Source: Chloroflexota bacterium
Lineage (GTDB): Bacteria; Chloroflexota; Dehalococcoidia; UBA2979
Reading direction: 5' to 3'
Length of the DNA: 64,000 nt
Assembly: GCA_947499615.1 (NCBI GenBank)
Contig: CANMOP010000003.1
Coordinates: forward strand, 32,901 to 96,900
The position numbers and the translations under genes were made by a program. How positions within the stretch are numbered: position 1 is the stretch's first letter; every line of letters begins with the position of its first letter. Positions 17,128-25,653 of this stretch are shown here, piece after piece. The notes beneath the pieces are model-generated. The model saw nothing but the letters and a program-made list of their open reading frames with translations, was not told the origin of the DNA and searched no databases.

Positions 17128-18495
17128 TCAGCGCGCGAATTGCACCTCGATAGCGTCGTCCGTCACGACGATGGCCGCGACAACGTCACGCAGCAGGCGA
17201 CGCGCCTCGTCCGGGGCCAGCGTGTCCCATGCCTCCACGAGTCGCGCGCGCGTTCGGGCCAGCGCCTCGCGGCCGCGCTCGCTCTCCGCATCGTCGCCGC
17301 GACGGCGCAGCAGCAGGTCCGCCTCTTCCTCGGCCTGCAGATCCTCGACGGCCAGCTGGGACGCCTCCTGACGCAGCCTGTCCGCCGACCACTCACCAGA
17401 GGCGCGCCGCTCCAACAGCGCCTCCAGGCGTCGACGCAGCCCATCGCGCCGCGTCTCGATGCGATCGAGGTGCTCGGTCAGTCGGTGGTCGGCGCCGAGT
17501 CGATCCAACTCGCCATCGGCAACGACGGCAAGGCGCTCCCGTACCGCTGCTTCCAGCGCGTCCGCGTGCCGCGTGGGGTACTCGCATCCGCCCTGGTTCG
17601 CACGCGTCTCGCATTGGTAGTAGCGATGATCCTTCGGCGGCGCACCGGGCGTCCTCGATTGGCGAGTGCGGCGCGCGCCTATGAGGTGGCTGCCGCAGTA
17701 CCCGCACGTCGCGAGGCCAGCGAGCAAATACTGGCTCCGCTCCTGGCGAGTGAAACTCGTGCGCCGAGACGTCAACCTCGCCTGGGCCGCGTGGAACCGC
17801 TCCGCCGAAATCAGCGCCGCATGCTCAGACGGCACAACGATCCCGAGGCGGCGATAGGTGCCGGTATATACGGGGTTTCGCAGCACTGCGCGTACGCTGA
17901 CCATGCTCCACAGGCCACCCCGCCGCGTCCGCGATCCCGCGGCGTTCAGCGCGCCCGCAATCACGCGAACGCCCTCGTCGGCCTCCACGCATCGGCGGAA
18001 GATCTCGCGCACCACCACGGCCTCGTCATCGTGGATGCGCAGATGGCGGTCGGCGACTCGATAGCCGTACGGCGCGCGCCCCAACACCTCGCCGTGCAGC
18101 GCGCGCTCGCGCATCCCGGCACGCACCTGCTCGCGGCGGCGCTGCGCAACGGAGCGCTCGTCCCACGCGGCCAGCAGTGCCTCGTCGGGCGTCGTCCCGT
18201 CCGCGAGGCGCAGCGGGAGACCCAGCGCCTCCAGCTGTAAGTAGCGTCGTGCCTGCTCGCGCACGCTCGCCCCCAGCACGGTCAGGCTTGCCAGCACGAC
18301 GACGAGAAAGCCGCGACGCTCCGTGAGCAGCACGCGAACCATACGTCGAAACTCCGGAGCGTCCGGGAGCGCGACCGTCTCAGTGAAAGTGGGGCCCACC
18401 TCCAGTCCGGAGGCAGCGCAATAGTCGAGGAAGGCGCGTTGCTGCACCTCGAAGGAGTAGCCCGACACGAAGCGCACGTAGGAGACCGCGCGCAT
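17128..18495 (-). CDS. large-serine-recombinase-like protein with degenerate catalytic motifs
   Basis: Resolvase-type N-terminus (YVRFVSG), recombinase domain (RAPYGYR...RNPVYTG), Zn-ribbon (CGYCG...YYQC), C-terminal coiled coil; the DRLxR catalytic region reads ASLTVLGASVRE. Confidence 0.7.
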   Translation of the reverse strand: MRAVSYVRFVSGYSFEVQQRAFLDYCAASGLEVGPTFTETVALPDAPEFRRMVRVLLTERRGFLVVVLASLTVLGASVREQARRYLQLEALGLPLRLADGTTPDEALLAAWDERSVAQRRREQVRAGMRERALHGEVLGRAPYGYRVADRHLRIHDDEAVVVREIFRRCVEADEGVRVIAGALNAAGSRTRRGGLWSMVSVRAVLRNPVYTGTYRRLGIVVPSEHAALISAERFHAAQARLTSRRTSFTRQERSQYLLAGLATCGYCGSHLIGARRTRQSRTPGAPPKDHRYYQCETRANQGGCEYPTRHADALEAAVRERLAVVADGELDRLGADHRLTEHLDRIETRRDGLRRRLEALLERRASGEWSADRLRQEASQLAVEDLQAEEEADLLLRRRGDDAESERGREALARTRARLVEAWDTLAPDEARRLLRDVVAAIVVTDDAIEVQFAR

Positions 18496-18539
18496 GCGGT
18501 GACGCTCCTCCCCTACCTCGCAAGTAGTATACCGGCGTC

Positions 18540-19133
18540 ATGGCCCCGTCCGGTGTACGATCGGTGCACTCAAGCGTTTCGGAGACCGCCGTGCAATTCA
18601 ACGTCGCGTTGCTGCTACAAGAGCCCGTGGGGAGCATCCGCGCAGAGGATCTCCTCGACGAGCCGGTTGCGGTCCCGGCAGAGGATTATGTCGCCTCGGC
18701 AACGGGGCGAGTGAACCTGCTGCGCACGCAGCACGGCATCTTGGTGCGCTCCAACATGCTGGTACACCCCAGCCTACAGTGCGGGCGCTGCCTGACCGAC
18801 TTCGAGTTGACGCTCCCGTTGCGCATCGATGAGGAGTTCATCCCCCTGCGCGACTTCGTGACGGGTGACCCGGTAGAGGCGGATTTGGATCAATTTCGCA
18901 TCGACGAGCGTAACGAACTCGACCTCAGCGAGGCGATCCGGCAATATGAACAGGCGGCATTGCCCATCCAACCGATCTGTCGCGAGGATTGCGCCGGTCT
19001 TTGCCCGGTATGCGGGCAGAATCTGAACGAGCGCGTCTGCGATTGCACACCGCCAAAGGCGGAGGGCGCCTGGGCCAGCCTTGCGGGGTTGGCCGAACGG
19101 CTCCAAACGGAGGAATCACATGGCAGTCCCTAA
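18540..19133 (+). CDS. yceD: YceD/DUF177 family protein (large ribosomal RNA accumulation protein)
   Basis: DUF177 C-terminal Cys cluster (CREDCAGLCPVCGQNLNERVCDC) and position directly upstream of rpmF; start uncertain. Confidence 0.75.
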   Translation: MAPSGVRSVHSSVSETAVQFNVALLLQEPVGSIRAEDLLDEPVAVPAEDYVASATGRVNLLRTQHGILVRSNMLVHPSLQCGRCLTDFELTLPLRIDEEFIPLRDFVTGDPVEADLDQFRIDERNELDLSEAIRQYEQAALPIQPICREDCAGLCPVCGQNLNERVCDCTPPKAEGAWASLAGLAERLQTEESHGSP

Positions 19134-19314
19134 GAAGCGGACTCCCCCGTCCAAGCAAGGCACGCGCAGGAGCCACCACCACGTGGAGCCGGCGCAGATC
19201 ATGCGCTGCTCGCAGTGCCGGTCGCCTCGTGCGAACCACCGCATCTGCCCGACCTGCGGGATGTACAACGGCCGTCAGGTGATGGGCCCTGCTGCTGGCG
19301 CTGCCGCGCGGTAA
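19120..19314 (+). CDS. rpmF: 50S ribosomal protein L32
   Basis: MAVPKKRTPPSKQGTRRSHHHV...CSQCRSPRANHRICPTCGMYNGRQV; overlaps the yceD end by 14 nt. Confidence 0.9.
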   Translation: MAVPKKRTPPSKQGTRRSHHHVEPAQIMRCSQCRSPRANHRICPTCGMYNGRQVMGPAAGAAAR

Positions 19315-19485
19315 TACGCCAGCCCTCCACCTTCCCGGTTTGACCCCGAACGCCAGATAGATCGCTGTGCGCTCAGTCCGTGTGCCGGCGCATTGTGGAT
19401 ATCACGGTTGCGTTTACGCGTTACTGTGTGTCTGGACGATCGATGCCCAGCGACGTTGGCACTCCCCGTGCAGAGGCGGACTCCC

Positions 19486-20442
19486 ATGCCCGAGATCGTG
19501 ATCCCCGTTCTTCCGCTCGCCACGGACACTGCCTGGCTGTTCCCGGGTCAGGGCGCGCAGCACGTCGGCATGGGACGTGACCTCTACGAGCAGGTGCCCG
19601 CAGCGCGTGCTGTCTTCGACGCCGCGGACGAGGCACTCGGCTTCCCGCTTTCGACGCTTTGCTTCGAGGGGCCCGAGGACGAACTGACGCGCACCATCAA
19701 CACACAGCCGGCACTCGTCACGCACTCGATCGCAGCGCTGGTCGGCGCGATTGAGTGCGGGAGCGTGCGGCAAGGCGCGGCTTACCTCGCGGGGCACTCG
19801 CTCGGCGAGTACGCGGCGCTGATCGTGGCGGGGGCGATACCATTCGCCAACGGTCTGCGACTGGTCCGCGAGCGCGGCCGCTTGATGCAGGAGGCCTGCG
19901 ACGCGCAACCGGGCACCATGGCCGTGGTGCTGGGCATGCCGCGCGATCAGGTCGCCGCGCTCTGCGAGCAGCACCACGCCTCGCTGTGCAACGAGAATGC
20001 CCCAGGCAACATCACCATTGGCGGCACGCGCGAGGCGGTGGACGCCACTGCGGAGGCAGCACGCGCAGCCGGTGCCACGCGAGTGCTCCCGATCAACGTC
20101 GCCGGTGCGTTCCACACGCCGCTGATGCAAAGCGCCGCCGACGGGATGCGCGCAGTGCTGGAGGGGACGCGCTTCGACAACCTACATGCAGCGGTCGTCT
20201 CGAACGTGAGCAGCCAGCTACTGACCGAGGGCGCGGCGATCGCGCAGGAGCTGACCGACCAGGTGACGAGCCCGGTGCTCTGGCTGGACGGCGTCCGCAC
20301 CATGCTCGGCTCCGGCGTGACGAGCTTCATCGAGTTCGGGCCGGGGCGTGTGCTCACCGGCCAACTGAAGCGCACCGAGCAGACCGCGACCGTTCGCAAC
20401 GTGGGCACCGCGGCTGAAGCTCGCGGCGAGGCGGCCGAATAG
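19486..20442 (+). CDS. fabD: malonyl CoA-acyl carrier protein transacylase
   Basis: WLFPGQGAQ, GHSLGEYAAL and downstream FabD motifs; ATG at 19486 preceded by GAGGCGGA. Confidence 0.9.
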   Translation: MPEIVIPVLPLATDTAWLFPGQGAQHVGMGRDLYEQVPAARAVFDAADEALGFPLSTLCFEGPEDELTRTINTQPALVTHSIAALVGAIECGSVRQGAAYLAGHSLGEYAALIVAGAIPFANGLRLVRERGRLMQEACDAQPGTMAVVLGMPRDQVAALCEQHHASLCNENAPGNITIGGTREAVDATAEAARAAGATRVLPINVAGAFHTPLMQSAADGMRAVLEGTRFDNLHAAVVSNVSSQLLTEGAAIAQELTDQVTSPVLWLDGVRTMLGSGVTSFIEFGPGRVLTGQLKRTEQTATVRNVGTAAEARGEAAE

Positions 20443-21194
20443 TGACTGCACCGCTCGACGGACGGAACGCGATCGTCACCGGCGGGAGCCGGGGGATTGG
20501 TCGCGCCATCGCGCTGGAGATTGGGCGGCAGGGCGCGAACGTACTGATCACCTACCGCAGCAACCCCGCCCTCGCGCTGGACGTGGCCGCGGAGGTGACG
20601 GCGCTCGGCGTGCGCTGCATCGCGGTGGAAGCGGACGTGCGCGACAACGCTGCGTTGGAGCACATGGTGGAACACGCCATCGAACAGTTCGGTAGCATCG
20701 ACATTCTGGTGAACAACGCCGGCATGACCGATGACGGACTGCTGCTGCGCATGTCGGAAGAATCGTGGGAGAGCGTGCTGGACACGAACCTCACGGGCAC
20801 GTTCCGCGCAACGAAGCTCGCGCTGCGTCACATGGCGCGTGCGCGCTGGGGACGAGTGATCAACATCACCTCCATCGTCGGTGAGATCGGGAACGCCGGG
20901 CAGGCGAACTACGCAGCCGCGAAGGCCGGCATCATCGGCTTCACTCGCTCCGTCGCGCGCGAGGTAGCTGCGCGTGGTGTCACGGTGAACGCAGTCGCTC
21001 CGGGCTTCGTGCTCACAGACATGACCTCCGGACTGACCGACGACCAACAGGCCGCGATCCTGCGCATGGTCCCGATGGGCCGTTACGCACAGCCCGAGGA
21101 GATCGCGCCAACCGTCGCGTTCCTCGCCTCCGAAGGCGCGGGCTACATTACGGGACAGACGTTCAACGTCGATGGCGGCGTGGTGATGCATTGA
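20442..21194 (+). CDS. fabG: 3-oxoacyl-[ACP] reductase
   Basis: SDR motifs TGGSRGIGRAIA, NNAG, Y-x3-K (NYAAAKAG); GTG start overlaps the fabD stop by 1 nt. Confidence 0.9.
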   Translation: MTAPLDGRNAIVTGGSRGIGRAIALEIGRQGANVLITYRSNPALALDVAAEVTALGVRCIAVEADVRDNAALEHMVEHAIEQFGSIDILVNNAGMTDDGLLLRMSEESWESVLDTNLTGTFRATKLALRHMARARWGRVINITSIVGEIGNAGQANYAAAKAGIIGFTRSVAREVAARGVTVNAVAPGFVLTDMTSGLTDDQQAAILRMVPMGRYAQPEEIAPTVAFLASEGAGYITGQTFNVDGGVVMH

Positions 21195-21207
21195 GAGGCG
21201 AGCGCTA

Positions 21208-21654
21208 ATGCCCGGAGGCTCCCGCCGCAGATCACGCATCGCCGCGCTGCAAACGCTCTTCGAGGCGGAGAGCGCCGATCGCGACGTGCTTACGACGCTC
21301 GACCGACACATCGAGGATGCACGCCTGCCGGAGGATGCGGCCGAGTTCGCGCAGCACCTCGTGGAGGGCGTCCAGAAATATCGTCAGGCGATCGACGCCG
21401 TCATCCGCGAGCGCGCGCCCGCATTTCCACTGGAGGAGATGGCGCCCGTCGATCGGAACGTGCTCCGCCTTGCAATCTACGAAGTGCTCTTCGATAATCA
21501 GCCCGCTCCGCTCCGGACCGCAATCAATGAGGCCGTGGAGTTGGCGAAGGGGTACGGTTCGGAATCGTCGGGCCGCTTCGTGAACGGTGTGCTGGGCGCG
21601 GTTGCGCTGGCCGCTGTAGACGACGAGCCGCCCAGCGCGGACACTTCTGACTGA
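21208..21654 (+). CDS. nusB: transcription antitermination factor NusB
   Basis: 148 aa, NusB pattern (RIAALQTLFEAE..., DRNVLRLAIYEVLF, INEAVELAKGYG...FVNGVLG). Confidence 0.8.
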   Translation: MPGGSRRRSRIAALQTLFEAESADRDVLTTLDRHIEDARLPEDAAEFAQHLVEGVQKYRQAIDAVIRERAPAFPLEEMAPVDRNVLRLAIYEVLFDNQPAPLRTAINEAVELAKGYGSESSGRFVNGVLGAVALAAVDDEPPSADTSD

Positions 21655-21752
21655 CCGCAGCACCATCGAATCCGTTACAACTGGCAAGATCGCAACTGGG
21701 CACTGATGCCCGCAAGGACATCGCCTCGCGCGAAGGAAAGGATCACTGGGGT

Positions 21753-22011
21753 GGCTAGTGTCTACGAGCGCGTACGCGCGATGATCGTTGAGCAACTGGG
21801 TGTGGACGAGGCGCAGGTGGTACCGAACGCCTCATTCGTCGACGACTTGAACGCGGACTCGCTGGACCTGGTGGAATTGATCATGTCCATCGAGGAAGAG
21901 TTCTCCAAGGACGGCAACCCGATCGAGATTTCCGACGAGGACGCGGAGAAGATCCAGACCGTCCAGGATGCCATCGACTTCATCCACGACGCGGGCGTGG
22001 AGGACGAGTAG
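21753..22011 (+). CDS. acpP: acyl carrier protein
   Basis: [20 protein letters not shown] with the phosphopantetheine Ser; GTG start at 21753 preceded by GAAGGAAAGG; the longer ORF from 21706 is unlikely. Confidence 0.85.
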
Positions 22012-22044
22012 CCTCGTCCCTTTCTCCGTAGCGTAGAACCGGAA

Positions 22045-22085
22045 CGCCCGGCCAGCCGATAGGGCTGAGCCGGGCGTATCATTCC
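22045..22085 (+). terminator. hairpin CGCCCGGC-n16-GCCGGGCG then TATCATTCC, downstream of acpP
   Basis: 8-bp GC stem read directly; weak U-tract. Confidence 0.4.
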
Positions 22086-22089
22086 GTGC

Positions 22090-22467
22090 ATGGAATTCTT
22101 CGGCGTCGGCGCGGGCGAAGCAGTGATGATCCTGGTGGTCATGCTGCTGGTCGTCGGCCCCAAGCGCTTCCCGACCGTGGCCCGCGAGGCTGGCAAGTAC
22201 TACCGCATGGCCCGTAGGTACGCGGACGCCGTCATGCAGGACGTGCGCGGCGCGATGGACGACCTGGAGAAAGAAGTCGGCGACCCCGCCGAAGATTTCC
22301 GCTCCCTCCGTGACATTGGCCGGGACTTCACCAGCGGCATCTCATCCCCCGTGGGCGAGACAACCCACGAGGTCCGCCGCATTGGTGGCGCAACCAGGGA
22401 CGCGGCCGCCGGTGAACCGACCGCCGAGACGACGCCGGGCGCGCCCCCCTCGAAGCCAGAGGCGTAG
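22090..22467 (+). CDS. tatA: twin-arginine translocase subunit TatA/TatB family
   Basis: N-terminal TM plus hinge (ILVVMLLVVGPKRFP) and an amphipathic, acidic C-terminus. Confidence 0.8.
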   Translation: MEFFGVGAGEAVMILVVMLLVVGPKRFPTVAREAGKYYRMARRYADAVMQDVRGAMDDLEKEVGDPAEDFRSLRDIGRDFTSGISSPVGETTHEVRRIGGATRDAAAGEPTAETTPGAPPSKPEA

Positions 22468-22469
22468 CA

Positions 22470-23234
22470 GTGGCCATCGAACCCTCGTACCTGTCGCCCG
22501 AGCCTGACGCACACGCCGGCGGGGAGATGACGCTGCTGGAGCATCTGCTGGAGCTCCGCACGCGCGTGATGTGGGCGGGCATCTGGGTGTTGCTGGGCGT
22601 CAGCATCTTCTTTGTGCCGAAAGTCGGATTCGCCGTCATCGACTTCCTCAAGCAGCCAGCGCTGCTGCAGAACGCGAACTTCAAGGCTCAAGCGATCTCC
22701 CCGATGGAGAACGTCGTCGTGTACTTCCAGGTCGCGCTGATGGGCGGCATCGCGTTCGGGATGCCAGCGATCGTGTATCAGGCGCTGCGCTTCGTGAGCC
22801 CGGCGCTGACGCCGGCCGAGAAGCGCTGGGTGTACCCCGTCACGGTTGGCGCCAGCGCGATGTTCCTGCTGGGCCTCGCCTTCGGGTACTACGTGGTGCT
22901 GCCACCGGCGTACGGATTCCTCTTCTCGTTCGGCAGCAGCATCGCCGATCCGAACCCGACGATTACGAGCTACATCGACCTGACCACGCGGCTCATCCTG
23001 ATCATGGGCTTCGTGTTCGAGACGCCGATCCTGATCATGGGGCTGGCGAAGATCGGACTGGTCTCCGCTCGACAGCTCTGGGGGTTCTGGCGATTCGCCA
23101 TCGTCATCGCCTTCGTCATCTCCGCCGTCGCCACACCGACACCGGATCCGATCACGCAGACGATGGTCGCGGGCCCGATGATCCTGCTCTACTTCTTCGG
23201 CATCGGGTTGGCCTGGCTCGTCCGCAAGAACTGA
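22470..23234 (+). CDS. tatC: twin-arginine translocase subunit TatC
   Basis: 254 aa, 6-TM TatC pattern (LLEHLLELRTRVMWAG...). Confidence 0.85.
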   Translation: MAIEPSYLSPEPDAHAGGEMTLLEHLLELRTRVMWAGIWVLLGVSIFFVPKVGFAVIDFLKQPALLQNANFKAQAISPMENVVVYFQVALMGGIAFGMPAIVYQALRFVSPALTPAEKRWVYPVTVGASAMFLLGLAFGYYVVLPPAYGFLFSFGSSIADPNPTITSYIDLTTRLILIMGFVFETPILIMGLAKIGLVSARQLWGFWRFAIVIAFVISAVATPTPDPITQTMVAGPMILLYFFGIGLAWLVRKN

Positions 23235-23284
23235 TTACCCGCTTACCTGTTGGAGCAGCCACGCCCCGGTGTTACGATCAGGCC

Positions 23285-23908
23285 GTGGTATCTCATTCCT
23301 CGGCGACCATCGACCCTGCCTGGCTGCCCCTCTACGAGGAGATTGCGGACTGTCCGCGTTGTGCCCTCGCGCGCACGCGGACACAGACGGTGCCCGGCGC
23401 CGGGCCCGCCCGAGCCGACATCATGTTGATCGGCGAGGCTCCCGGGGCGCGCGAGGATGAGTCCGGGCTGCCGTTCGTTGGCCCATCCGGGCGATTCCTC
23501 GACGAGTTGCTGGCGGGCATCGGGCTTTCGCGCGACACGGTCTACATCGCCAACGTGGTGAAGTGTCGGCCGCCGGCGAATCGCGACCCGGAACCTGCGG
23601 AGATCGAAGCGTGCGAGGACTACCTCGACCGCCAGATCGCGATCGTGGATCCACGAGTGATCGTGACCCTCGGACGGTTCTCCATGGCGCGCTGGTTCCC
23701 CGGCGAGGCGATCAGCCGCGTCCACGGCAAACCGAAGCATGCTGCTGGCCGCACGGTGGTACCGATGTACCACCCCGCCGCTGCGCTACATCGGGGTGAT
23801 TTGCGCCCCGTCATCCAGGCCGATTTCGCCACCCTTCCGGCGCTCATTGCAGCGGCCGGTACCACCGAAGCGGCACCTCCCACATCGAATACGGAGCAAC
23901 TTACATGA
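23285..23908 (+). CDS. uracil-DNA glycosylase, family 4 (Fe-S, thermostable type)
   Basis: [31 protein letters not shown] motifs; GTG at 23285 proposed as start (alternative TTG 23250). Confidence 0.75.
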   Translation: MVSHSSATIDPAWLPLYEEIADCPRCALARTRTQTVPGAGPARADIMLIGEAPGAREDESGLPFVGPSGRFLDELLAGIGLSRDTVYIANVVKCRPPANRDPEPAEIEACEDYLDRQIAIVDPRVIVTLGRFSMARWFPGEAISRVHGKPKHAAGRTVVPMYHPAAALHRGDLRPVIQADFATLPALIAAAGTTEAAPPTSNTEQLT

Positions 23909-25560
23909 GCCCGAACACGCTGCGCGTCATCCCCCTGGGGGGGCTCGGCGAGATCGGGCGGAACATGATGTTGTACGAGTACGGCGAGGACATGATCGCC
24001 GTCGACGTGGGGGTGATGTTCCCGGAGGAGGAGATGCTCGGCGTCGACCTCGTGATCCCGGACATTTCCTACATTATGGATCACCCTGGCCGCCTGAAGG
24101 CCGTCTTCCTCACCCACGGGCACGAGGATCACATCGGTGCGCTGCCGTTCCTGCTCCGTGAGGTTCAGGTGCCGGTGTACTGCACCCGGCTGACGCGCGG
24201 CCTGGTGGACGTGAAGCTCAAGGAGCATCGCCTGCAGGCCGCGTCCGATATCCGCGTCGTCGAAGTCGGCGGCAGCATCGAGGTCGGCGCGTTCAACGTC
24301 GAGTTCTTCTCTGTCTCCCACTCCATTCCGGACGCGGCGGGGCTGCTCATCCACACCCCGCTCGGAACCGTGGTGCACACCGGCGACTTCAAGATCGACC
24401 ACACGCCGGTGATGGGCCAGCACACGGACCTCCAGCGCCTCGCCGAGATTGGTCGCGAGGGCGCGCTGCTGCTGGCGATGGACTCCACCTATATCGAGGT
24501 CGAGGGCTTCACTCCCTCCGAGCAGATCGTCGCGGATGCGCTGGAACGCGTCATCGCGGATGCGACCGGCCGCGTGATCGTCACCACGTTCGCGTCGCTG
24601 ATCTCGCGCGTGCAAATCGTCATCGACGCCGCGGAGAAGCACGGACGCCGGGTGTTCGTGACCGGGCGGTCGATGGTGAACAACGTGCAGATGGCCCGCG
24701 ATCTCGGCTATCTGCGCGTGCCGGACGGCATCATGATGAACGCTCGCGAACTGGATACCTATCCCAGCGCGAAGACGATCGTGATCTGCACGGGCTCGCA
24801 GGGCGAACCGACTGCGGCACTCACGCGCATCTCCAACGGCACGCACCAGAACATCACCATCCACGCGGATGACACGGTCGTGCTCTCCTCCAACCCCGTT
24901 CCCGGCAATGAAACACTGGTCTATCGCAACATCGACAACCTGTACAAGGCGGGCGCGCACGTGATCTACAACCGGCTGGCGCCGGTGCACGTTCGCGGCC
25001 ACGCCGCACAGGAAGAATTGAAGATCATCCACCGCATCGTGCGGCCCAAGCACTTTATCGGCATCCACGGCGAGTACCGCCACCTGGTGCTGCACCGGCA
25101 GCTGGCGATCACGCTCGGCATGGCGCCGGAAGATGCGGTGGTGCTCACCGACGGCGACATCATGGAGATCGACGAGCACGGAGCCCGCATCACCGGGCAC
25201 ATCCCGGCGGACTACATCTACGTCGATGGTCTGGGCGTCGGCGACGTCGATCAGATCGTGCTGCGCGACCGGTTGCACCTGGCGAGCGACGGCATGGTCG
25301 TCGTCGTCGTCGCGCTCGATCGCGAGCACGGCGATCTGTTGCGGCCGCCGGAGGTGATGTCGCACGGCTTCGTCGGCCTGGAAGAAGAGGCTGCGGTCAT
25401 CGAGGGCATTCGCGAACGCGTCACGCAGATCGTGGGTGGCGAGCACCAGCACGTCGACTGGACCGGCATCCGCGATGCCCTCAAGAACGAAGTAGCCAGC
25501 TACGTCTACGCGCAGACCAAGCGGCGGCCACTGGTGCTGCCGATCACGGTGGAGGTGTAG
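23905..25560 (+). CDS. rnj: ribonuclease J (beta-CASP metallo-beta-lactamase RNase)
   Basis: 551 aa; HGHEDH metal motif, beta-CASP region and C-terminal domain typical of RNase J. Confidence 0.9.
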   Translation: MSPNTLRVIPLGGLGEIGRNMMLYEYGEDMIAVDVGVMFPEEEMLGVDLVIPDISYIMDHPGRLKAVFLTHGHEDHIGALPFLLREVQVPVYCTRLTRGLVDVKLKEHRLQAASDIRVVEVGGSIEVGAFNVEFFSVSHSIPDAAGLLIHTPLGTVVHTGDFKIDHTPVMGQHTDLQRLAEIGREGALLLAMDSTYIEVEGFTPSEQIVADALERVIADATGRVIVTTFASLISRVQIVIDAAEKHGRRVFVTGRSMVNNVQMARDLGYLRVPDGIMMNARELDTYPSAKTIVICTGSQGEPTAALTRISNGTHQNITIHADDTVVLSSNPVPGNETLVYRNIDNLYKAGAHVIYNRLAPVHVRGHAAQEELKIIHRIVRPKHFIGIHGEYRHLVLHRQLAITLGMAPEDAVVLTDGDIMEIDEHGARITGHIPADYIYVDGLGVGDVDQIVLRDRLHLASDGMVVVVVALDREHGDLLRPPEVMSHGFVGLEEEAAVIEGIRERVTQIVGGEHQHVDWTGIRDALKNEVASYVYAQTKRRPLVLPITVEV

Positions 25561-25653
25561 CCCAGCAGCGTTGAGTGGGTGCGTCCAGCGCCCGAATCGA
25601 AACTCATGGAGCCGGAAGCCTTGGCGGGCGGATTCCGGATGAGGAGCAGCGTC

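Noticed and set aside
22571-23908. 445-aa plus-strand ORF spanning tatC and the UDG gene
   Set aside because: It is the UDG reading frame extended upstream through tatC in another frame; only the last about 207 codons (from GTG 23285) show UDG family-4 homology.
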